In this document: positions 37,395 through 45,200 of the stretch, in pieces
Layout: each line of letters begins with the position of its first letter
Numbering within the stretch: the stretch's first letter is position 1
Assembly: GCA_025454795.1 (NCBI GenBank)
Contig: JALONT010000008.1
Location: 21,423-85,422 of the forward strand
DNA: 64,000 nucleotides
Direction of reading: 5' to 3'
Source of the DNA: Bacteroidales bacterium
GTDB taxonomy: Bacteria; Bacteroidota; Bacteroidia; Bacteroidales; VadinHA17
Program-made: the position numbers and the translations under genes
The notes under the pieces: model-generated
Databases searched by the model: none
Seen by the model: only the letters and a program-made list of their open reading frames with translations
Told to the model about the DNA's origin: nothing

Positions 37395-38687
37395 ATGGCA
37401 AGATTCAATATTTTACTACCCGCAATGGGAGAAGGAGTGATCGAGGCAACAATAAATAAATGGATGGTCACTGAAGGTGCTGCAGTTAAGGAGGATGATC
37501 CCATTGTTGAAGTAGCTACCGATAAAGTTGATTCTGAAGTGCCTGCTCCTGCTGATGGGGTGATAGTCTCAATCCTTGCCCGTGAGGGTTCTGTTGTAAA
37601 AGTGGGTGAGATTTTAGCTGTCATTGAAGACAACAGGACACCTGATACTAATGAAAAAACACAGATTGAAAAAGAGGTTGAAAGGATACGGGAGACAATT
37701 AATGAATCAAAAAAAGAGAAGAAAGAGGTTGAGAGCATATCTAACGACCTTAAAAGCCGCACCTCTTCCGGAAAGTTCATTTCCCCGCTGGTAAGAAGTA
37801 TTTCCGCACGTGAAGGAATAAGTTATGCTGACCTTGACAAGATAAATGGTACAGGGATGGATGGAAGAATTACGAAAGAAGACATTTTCCGGCTTATTGA
37901 GAAGAAGGCTGCAGAGACTCTAAAGGCAGTAAAGTTTGAAAAGGGAGGGAAGTCAGCAATTACTACAGACCAGGAATCCAGGGGAGATGAGGTAATTGAG
38001 ATGGACAGAGTCCGTAAAATGATTGCCGATCATATGGTCCTTTCAAAGAAAACATCTCCTCATGTAACATCATTTATAGATGCAGATGTGACGAGACTTG
38101 TCAACTGGCGAAATTCAGTAAAAGAAAAATTTCTGGCTGCTGAAGGTCAAAAACTTACGCTTACCCCAATATTTATTGATGCAGCTGCAAGAGCATTATA
38201 TGAATTCCCTATGGTGAATATTTCCGTAGACGGGTACAATATCATAATAAGAAAGAACATTAATATAGGAATGGCCACAGCTCTCCCTGACGGCAATCTG
38301 ATAGTTCCGGTTATAAAGAATGCAAATGAGAAAAGTCTTACCGGGCTTGCAAGGAGTGTCAATGATCTGGCTGAAAGAGCAAGGAGCAATAAACTGAAAC
38401 CTGATGATATTACAGGGGGAACATTCACCTTAACAAACTTCGGAAGTTATAACAACCTGTCCGGAACGCCCATTATCAATCAGCCACAGGCAGCAATCCT
38501 TGGAACCGGTGCTGTCAGGAAAACTCCTGCTGTTGTTGAAACACCGGATGGTGATGCAATTGCAATACGAAATATAATGATACTGTCGTTAAGCTATGAC
38601 CACAGGGTTATTAACGGAGCCCTTGCCGGTAAATTCCTTAACAGGATCAAAGAGATACTTGAAAATTATTCATATGACATAGCATAA
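37395..38687 (+). CDS. 2-oxo acid dehydrogenase E2 component (dihydrolipoamide acyltransferase)
   Basis: Lipoyl domain (VEVATDKVDSEVPAP), peripheral-subunit-binding domain (ISPLVRSISAREGI...GTGMDGRITKED), and a catalytic domain with SYDHRVINGA. Confidence 0.85.
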   Translation: MARFNILLPAMGEGVIEATINKWMVTEGAAVKEDDPIVEVATDKVDSEVPAPADGVIVSILAREGSVVKVGEILAVIEDNRTPDTNEKTQIEKEVERIRETINESKKEKKEVESISNDLKSRTSSGKFISPLVRSISAREGISYADLDKINGTGMDGRITKEDIFRLIEKKAAETLKAVKFEKGGKSAITTDQESRGDEVIEMDRVRKMIADHMVLSKKTSPHVTSFIDADVTRLVNWRNSVKEKFLAAEGQKLTLTPIFIDAAARALYEFPMVNISVDGYNIIIRKNINIGMATALPDGNLIVPVIKNANEKSLTGLARSVNDLAERARSNKLKPDDITGGTFTLTNFGSYNNLSGTPIINQPQAAILGTGAVRKTPAVVETPDGDAIAIRNIMILSLSYDHRVINGALAGKFLNRIKEILENYSYDIA

Positions 38688-38934
38688 TTCCTGTTCATTA
38701 AACACGATCACGCCTGAAATTCATCTATCAAAAATCAGGTTTAGCATATTTTTATCGTCTGTTGATAAAAAAGGAAAGAAAGATTTGATCAATTTTTCTA
38801 ATATTTCCTCTATATTAGTATTTTTATAGACTGAAACATAAAGATATAAAACCACGCTGCCTGTATGATGCCCTTTTGTGCATCAAAAATTTAAAAATGC
38901 GAGGTTTTGCCATTTTATTTATACCTGTTTAAAG

Positions 38935-41796
38935 ATGATGAAAAGGTTTACACTGCTTACTCTTTTGCTTACGTTACTGGTAAGCAGCAGATTATTCCCC
39001 CAGGCAAAAATTGAGAATAAACTGACTTTTTATGATGCTGAAAGCTGGATCCTGTTTGAGGACTATAAAGAAGCTATACCGCTTTACCTGAGGCTGAATA
39101 AATTTTATCCCACTAATTCAAATTTCAAATACAGGATCGGACAATGTTATATCAACATACCGGGAGAAAAGGATAAAGCTATCAGTTTCCTTGAAGATGC
39201 TGTAAAAAATATAAATCCAAAATATAAGGAAGGGAGATATAACGAAACAGGTGCACCTTATGATGCATTATATTATCTTGCCAACGCTTACAGGATCAAT
39301 AACCAGCTGGATAAAGCCCTTGAGACATATGAACTATTCAGGAAGAATATGGATCCTGATATCTATGATTCGACAATCGTGAATCAGCAGATACAATCAT
39401 GCCATAATGCAGAAGATCTGATGGGGAGGCCATTTTATGTTAAAGAAAAGAATCTTGGTAACAATATTAATGAACCCAATTCTGAATATAATCCGGTTAT
39501 CACTGATGATGAGAAAACCATGGTATTCACCAGAAGTCAGGCATTTTATGATGCCATTATGCTTTCCACCAGGACTAATGGTGAATGGGGAGGACTGATC
39601 AATATGAATGAGATTCTCAGAATTGACGTTGAAAGGAAACTCTATCCCACCTCTATATCAAATGATGGGAAGGTTCTTTATATGTACGGCCCTGAAAACT
39701 ATGATGGTGTTATTTTCTCTTCGACTTTCGAAAATGGAACCTGGGGACCGGTGGTCAAACTAAACGATAACATCAATACTAAATACTGGGAATCACATGC
39801 TACCATCTCCCATGATAATCAGAAACTATATTTTACAAGCAACCGTAAAGGAACACTGGGAGGCCTCGACATTTATGTCTCGGAAAGAGACACTGCGGGT
39901 AACTGGGGCCCGCCGGTAAACCTTGGCCCGGAAATCAATACACCTTACAACGAGGAGACGCCTTTCCTGAGTAAAGACGATAAGACGCTCTATTTCAGCT
40001 CAAAAGGCCATTTTAATATTGGGGGTTATGATATATTTTATTCAAACCTGTTGAGTAACGGAAAATGGTCAGTGCCCCTGAATGTTGGATATCCGGTTAA
40101 TTCAACAGACGATGATATTTTCTTTAAGCCTGTAAATCAGGGATACATAGGATACTTTGCCAAATACACTCCTGACGGTTACGGGAATCAGGATATTTAC
40201 AGAATTGAAATATTTTCTGAAAACCACCCGAGAAAATTCCTCGTAAGGGGTATGGTAAAAGTCGCTGACCTCATCGACACATATAATGACAGTGTGAAAA
40301 TCAGCGCGATGAACCTTAAAGATCCCAGCCAGTTAATTGTTGTTTATTCTGATCCCAGGACAGGAGAATATGAGCTCGAGATCCCTCAGGGAGATTATGA
40401 AGTCACATATGAATATCCGTCAAGCGAGAAGGTAAAAAAGAATCTTAACCTGGCTCTTAATAATCCGTCCGACAGCTTTCTGATGCCCGGAACAATCCTT
40501 CCAAAAACTGATTTCGTTGCTGATCTTTTTGTCGAAAGCGATAAGAATATTTCTGTTGCTAAAGGAGATTCTATTCTGTTCCCTCTTAAAATCGAGCCGA
40601 AATCTGTTCTTACTGTTGAACACTGGCTTGGCGACTCACTTTTATATACCGAGCAGTTTACTGTTACCGATTCCTTATTTAATTATAAAATGGTGCCTAA
40701 GCCAGGCGATAACAAGGTGACCTTTAAAATTACCGACAGATTCAGCAATACAACAACTACCGATGTTTTTATAACGAGGGCCAAAGATGTCATATCCCAG
40801 CCTCTTGTACGTCCCGAATATAGAAGGATCATAGCTAAGAAACAGATAGCCGCCCTTACGGAAATGCTTTCTAACAGGGTTGATGGCAAGCTTGAGAGAA
40901 TTATTGAAAATGCTGAAATAGATAAACAGCAGTTTGGCAGGGTGGATGATCTCATTTCTTATTTAAAAGAGGAAGCTGCAAAGAGCAGTATCAGCCCTGA
41001 AGAGGTAGATATGCTGGCACTTAGGGTTGCAGTAATGGATAATGTTCTTACACAGGCTGCAGTCGATCTGATGGCCAGATATGCCGGGGGCGACCTGAAA
41101 AATATACTTGCTGATATTGATATCTATAAGCTCAATCTTAAAACCTGGACCGACCTTCAGGCATATGTAGCTGCCAAAACCGGAGGTAAAATTACTGCGG
41201 AAGATTTAAATAATCTCGCTGCAGACATACTCGCCAATATTGATCCCGGAATTTCTGTCCTGAAAGAAAAAATCCTTGCCTATGGTGAAAAGTCCGGATC
41301 AGGTACTCTGATTAGAAGAGCAGTCACTTCAACAGATGAGAACAAGATCAAAAAGGCCGGAGAATGGCTGCAATCATTCTCCGAAGACGCCGCCCGGAAA
41401 GGATTCACGGATGCTCAATTAGCTGAGATGATTGCTGTTATAAGCACTCTTCCTGACACCCAGGTCAATAATTACATGAAAGATCTGGCAGGATACGCCG
41501 GAGAACCTTTACTCTCATGGCTTAATTCCATTAACCTTATGGAAGAAAAGCTTAAGACACCTGAAAACCTCATACTCTATATCCTCAGAAACAGGGAAAA
41601 AGGCAATGTCCCGGAAACGGAAATATTTAACAGCTTTGCTAATCAGATCACTGCCAACAATATACCTGTTGATACCATCAAATCACCGATGGAAACTAAG
41701 GGAGGAAGATTATGGTACCTGTGGCTGGTACTGGCAGGTCTTGGATTCATCTTCTTCATTATGCTATCCAGGAGGAAGAAGAAAGACAAAGAATAG
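38935..41796 (+). CDS. TPR + PD40 (TolB-type) beta-propeller protein A, with beta-sandwich/Ig-like domains, a long helical domain and a C-terminal TM anchor
   Basis: Signal peptide MMKRFTLLTLLLTLLVSS. TPR-like YRIGQCYINIPGEKDKA...APYDALYYLANAY. PD40 blades (NINTKYWESH, GGLDIYVSE, NTPYNEETPF, TLYFSSKGHFNIGGYDIF). C-terminal LWYLWLVLAGLGFIFFIMLSRRKKKDKE. The track start at 38878 is a GTG. Confidence 0.7.
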   Translation: MMKRFTLLTLLLTLLVSSRLFPQAKIENKLTFYDAESWILFEDYKEAIPLYLRLNKFYPTNSNFKYRIGQCYINIPGEKDKAISFLEDAVKNINPKYKEGRYNETGAPYDALYYLANAYRINNQLDKALETYELFRKNMDPDIYDSTIVNQQIQSCHNAEDLMGRPFYVKEKNLGNNINEPNSEYNPVITDDEKTMVFTRSQAFYDAIMLSTRTNGEWGGLINMNEILRIDVERKLYPTSISNDGKVLYMYGPENYDGVIFSSTFENGTWGPVVKLNDNINTKYWESHATISHDNQKLYFTSNRKGTLGGLDIYVSERDTAGNWGPPVNLGPEINTPYNEETPFLSKDDKTLYFSSKGHFNIGGYDIFYSNLLSNGKWSVPLNVGYPVNSTDDDIFFKPVNQGYIGYFAKYTPDGYGNQDIYRIEIFSENHPRKFLVRGMVKVADLIDTYNDSVKISAMNLKDPSQLIVVYSDPRTGEYELEIPQGDYEVTYEYPSSEKVKKNLNLALNNPSDSFLMPGTILPKTDFVADLFVESDKNISVAKGDSILFPLKIEPKSVLTVEHWLGDSLLYTEQFTVTDSLFNYKMVPKPGDNKVTFKITDRFSNTTTTDVFITRAKDVISQPLVRPEYRRIIAKKQIAALTEMLSNRVDGKLERIIENAEIDKQQFGRVDDLISYLKEEAAKSSISPEEVDMLALRVAVMDNVLTQAAVDLMARYAGGDLKNILADIDIYKLNLKTWTDLQAYVAAKTGGKITAEDLNNLAADILANIDPGISVLKEKILAYGEKSGSGTLIRRAVTSTDENKIKKAGEWLQSFSEDAARKGFTDAQLAEMIAVISTLPDTQVNNYMKDLAGYAGEPLLSWLNSINLMEEKLKTPENLILYILRNREKGNVPETEIFNSFANQITANNIPVDTIKSPMETKGGRLWYLWLVLAGLGFIFFIMLSRRKKKDKE

Positions 41797-41897
41797 GATT
41801 GATGAAGGGGGGTATCTCAGACGGATACCCTCCTTTTTTGTTACACAATGGATTTTTAATTAAAATTTTTCTAAATTTGTTTGCAAAACCAATAGTT

Positions 41898-43172
41898 ATG
41901 CGCAAAAGGATTTCCACTCTTTTTGTACTGTTTGTACTTTTAATTCCTACTCAGGCACAGGAGACGAGACCGCTTCAGGATATTTTCATTGAAGCTGAGT
42001 ATTTTTTTGTCAATGAAGATTTTTCTGATGCTCTGCCTTATTATCTCCATCTCATCGAAAAGGTTCCCGAGAATGCAAATATCTCCTATCGTATCGGTGT
42101 CTGCTACCTGAATATTGACGGAAAGAAGAATCTTTCTGTGGATTACCTGGAGGCTGCATCAAAAAATATTTCAGCCAAACACAAAGAAGGCACCATAAAC
42201 CAGGTAACGGCTCCTTATGACGCTCTTTATGATCTGGGTTGTGCTTATCTTGTAAATTATCAGTTCGATAAAGCAAAAAATGCCTTCAACAGATACTCTG
42301 CCACACTTCTTTCTGACGATCAGGAGAATCTCGATTTCATTAGTCAGTTGATAAAATCGTGCGATACAGCAAAGGAATTCCTCGCCCATCCTGTCTCATT
42401 TACCGAGGAAAACATGGATGCCGTTTTCAATGATGAAAAGTCAAATTTCAATCCAGTCATTTCGGCTGATGGAAAGTCATTTGCATTTATGGCCTCTATG
42501 AAATTCTACGATGCTATAATGTTTTCAAAGATGGTAAACGGTAAATGGAGCACACCAACCAATATAACTCCTGAAATGATGACTGATGGTGATATGTATA
42601 TCTCATGTCTCTCCGCTGAAGGCAGAATTCTGTTCCTTTCGAAAGATGATGACTACAACAGCGATATTTATACAAGCACTTTTGACGGTATCACATGGGG
42701 CAAGCCTTCAAAGCTCAATAAGAACATAAATACCAGATACTGGGAATCACACGGTTATCTTTCCGAGGACGGTAATCAGCTTGTTTTTGCTTCTGACAGG
42801 CCGGGCGGATTCGGCGGTCTTGATCTGTATATCAGCAGAAAATTAAATGGCGACTGGGGTTCGGCCATAAATCTCGGGCCGCAGGTAAATACTCAGTTCA
42901 ATGAAGACAGACCCTTCCTCATTAATAAAGGAAAGACACTATACTTCAGTTCTCAGGGTCACAGGAATATGGGAGGGTATGATCTTTTCAGGTCCGAACT
43001 TCAGCCGAATAACCTGTGGAGTCAGCCTGAAAACCTTGGTTATCCGCTCAATACACCTGATGACAATATCTTCTTTATGCCGGCAGATAATGGCAATTCA
43101 GGTTATATCTCACGATATAGAGAATCAGATGGTTCAGGCAGGGAGGATATTTACAGGATCACCTTTAAATAA
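41898..43172 (+). CDS. TPR + PD40 beta-propeller protein B (minimal paralog, no C-terminal module)
   Basis: Signal peptide MRKRISTLFVLFVLLIPTQAQ and the same TPR and PD40 motifs (YRIGVCYLNIDGKK, NINTRYWESH, GGLDLYIS, NTQFNEDRPF, TLYFSSQGHRNMGGYDLF). The track start at 41712 lies inside gene A. Confidence 0.7.
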   Translation: MRKRISTLFVLFVLLIPTQAQETRPLQDIFIEAEYFFVNEDFSDALPYYLHLIEKVPENANISYRIGVCYLNIDGKKNLSVDYLEAASKNISAKHKEGTINQVTAPYDALYDLGCAYLVNYQFDKAKNAFNRYSATLLSDDQENLDFISQLIKSCDTAKEFLAHPVSFTEENMDAVFNDEKSNFNPVISADGKSFAFMASMKFYDAIMFSKMVNGKWSTPTNITPEMMTDGDMYISCLSAEGRILFLSKDDDYNSDIYTSTFDGITWGKPSKLNKNINTRYWESHGYLSEDGNQLVFASDRPGGFGGLDLYISRKLNGDWGSAINLGPQVNTQFNEDRPFLINKGKTLYFSSQGHRNMGGYDLFRSELQPNNLWSQPENLGYPLNTPDDNIFFMPADNGNSGYISRYRESDGSGREDIYRITFK

Positions 43173-43226
43173 AAATATGACAGTACATTGGGCTCTGCAT
43201 ATAGAAAAATTATTATATTTGTTCAA

Positions 43227-45200
43227 ATGAATAATTTCAGAGTTAAAATACTTCTTGTTAAGTTGCAGCTATTCACTCTGTTAATTTTCTCTTTTGCTGC
43301 CTCAGCTCAGTCTCCTAAAGAGTTGAAAGGAATATTTGAACAGGCTGAGTCATATTACCTCTACGATGAATTTGAACTTGCCAATCAGCTTTATATCCTG
43401 CTTGAAACTCCTGATAATCTTAATATTAAATACAAGATAGGCACCTGCTATCTTAACATTCCTGGTGAAAAGGCAAACTCTATACCCTATCTTGAGGAAG
43501 CTGTGAAAAACTCAAGCTACGGATCTAAGAGCACTTCATTTAATGAAAAAAGAGCTCCTCTTGATGCATATTTTTTCCTTGCCAAAGCCTATTTGATAAA
43601 CAATGAACTCGAGAAAAGTCTCAGTACATTACAGAAATTCAATGAGCTCTCAAGAGGTGCAGATGTAAAGGGAGATATGAAAAACCTTGAATTTATCGAC
43701 CAGCAGATCCAGGCATGTAAAAGAGCCATTGAATTTAAGGCAACTCCTGTTGAGATGACTAAAAAAATGCTTGGAGGAGGTTTTATGCAGGGATCAATGA
43801 ATGAAAATCCAGCAGTAAGCTTCGACGGAAACTCAATAATCTACACTGAGCGCAGAGGAATGGTTAACATAATTATGTACTCCCGGAAAGAAAGAGACAC
43901 CTGGCAGACACCCATTGATATTACATCCATGATCAACGCCGGGGAGGACTGTTCAACAAGCTCACTAAATGCTGACGGAACGGAGATGTATATCTATAAA
44001 AATGACGTTTATGACGGGAATATTTATACATCACAACTTATCAACGGCTCATGGTCCCCTATCAAAAAACTCAATAAAAACATTAACACCAAATTCTATG
44101 AATCCCATGCCTCAGTCTCTTCAGATGGGAAAAGACTCTATTTTACAAGTAACAGGGAGGGAGGATCGGGAAGTCTTGATATTTATGTCTCAGAAAAAGA
44201 CGCATCCGGAGACTGGGGGCCTGCTGTTAACCTTGGTAATACGATCAACACTCCTTTTAACGAGGATACACCCTTCATCACTAAAAATGATTCAGTACTC
44301 TATTTCTGTTCCGAGGGGCACACCTCCATGGGAGGTTTCGATAATTTCAAAAGCCAAAGGCAGGGAGCAGCATGGAAAACTCCGGCAAACCTGGGAGTCC
44401 CTGTAAATACGACCGACGATGACAAATTCTTTCAGCCATTTAATGACGGAAAGAATGCATATTACTCAATGACAACAGATTACAAAAAGAAAGATATCTT
44501 TTTTCTTGGACTGGGCAGCATTGATGTCAACCAGGTATATGAGATCAAGGGGACTTATAGCCTGAGTGATACGACAGTAGCTTTCGATAAAAAATATATC
44601 ATTAATCTTATAAGTAAGAACTCAGGCGACACCTTGGATGTTGGATATCCTAATAAATATACCGGCCGCTACAGTTTTATGGTACCACCAGGAAAGTTTG
44701 AGCTGGATTATAATGGGTTAGGATATTTATCACAGCGGATTGATACAACTATTTTACCGGATAATCCATCACTGGTTATTGTCATAGATGTTTCATTGGA
44801 GAAAGATACAAGTTTTATCCCGGAAGCTCCTCCTGTCGCAATTGTTGAAACACCTCCGGTTGTTTATGATAAGATCAATCTTTCAAATATTCCTGTCGTT
44901 TCTGAAATTGATTCAAGTATCCTCATAAAGAATATGAATGTTAATGACGTTAACGATACTAACATAAAGGATTCTGACATTCTATATTATACCGTTCAGG
45001 TAATGGCACTTTATAACCCTGTTGATGTGAGCTATTTCAAACGTATCTCTGATATGAAGGTAATGTATAATGATGTAGATAAATTTTACAGGTATACAAC
45101 AGGCCGTTGTGCCACACGGGAAGTTGCATCTGCTTTAAGATCGGATTTAATAAGGAAAGGGTATCCCGAAGAAATCTTTATTAAAAAAGTTTCCAGATAA
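43227..45200 (+). CDS. TPR + PD40 beta-propeller protein C with a C-terminal SPOR-like domain
   Basis: Signal peptide, YKIGTCYLNIPGEKA, NINTKFYESH, GSLDIYVSE, NTPFNEDTPF and VLYFCSEGHTSMGGFDNF. The C-terminus YYTVQVMALYNP...FYRYTTGRCATREVASALRSDLIRKGYPEEIFIKK fits the SPOR pattern. Confidence 0.7.
   Translation: MNNFRVKILLVKLQLFTLLIFSFAASAQSPKELKGIFEQAESYYLYDEFELANQLYILLETPDNLNIKYKIGTCYLNIPGEKANSIPYLEEAVKNSSYGSKSTSFNEKRAPLDAYFFLAKAYLINNELEKSLSTLQKFNELSRGADVKGDMKNLEFIDQQIQACKRAIEFKATPVEMTKKMLGGGFMQGSMNENPAVSFDGNSIIYTERRGMVNIIMYSRKERDTWQTPIDITSMINAGEDCSTSSLNADGTEMYIYKNDVYDGNIYTSQLINGSWSPIKKLNKNINTKFYESHASVSSDGKRLYFTSNREGGSGSLDIYVSEKDASGDWGPAVNLGNTINTPFNEDTPFITKNDSVLYFCSEGHTSMGGFDNFKSQRQGAAWKTPANLGVPVNTTDDDKFFQPFNDGKNAYYSMTTDYKKKDIFFLGLGSIDVNQVYEIKGTYSLSDTTVAFDKKYIINLISKNSGDTLDVGYPNKYTGRYSFMVPPGKFELDYNGLGYLSQRIDTTILPDNPSLVIVIDVSLEKDTSFIPEAPPVAIVETPPVVYDKINLSNIPVVSEIDSSILIKNMNVNDVNDTNIKDSDILYYTVQVMALYNPVDVSYFKRISDMKVMYNDVDKFYRYTTGRCATREVASALRSDLIRKGYPEEIFIKKVSR

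Noticed and set aside
37217-37780. 187-aa minus-strand ORF overlapping the E2 gene start; similar long antisense ORFs at 145-582, 35068-35508, 36145-36594, 49467-50006, 53132-53857 and 30835-31482
   Set aside because: These ORFs lie antisense to or out of frame with genes that have clear family motifs. Their low-complexity or Ser/Leu/Ile-rich composition is typical of shadow ORFs. There is no independent start context or domain signature.
41712-41897. Upstream extension of TPR-PD40 gene B overlapping the end of gene A
   Set aside because: The extension overlaps the TM-anchor coding region of gene A in another frame. A canonical signal peptide starts at the ATG at 41898. The extensions at 38878 (GTG), 43188 (TTG) and 9440 (TTG) were rejected for the same reasons.
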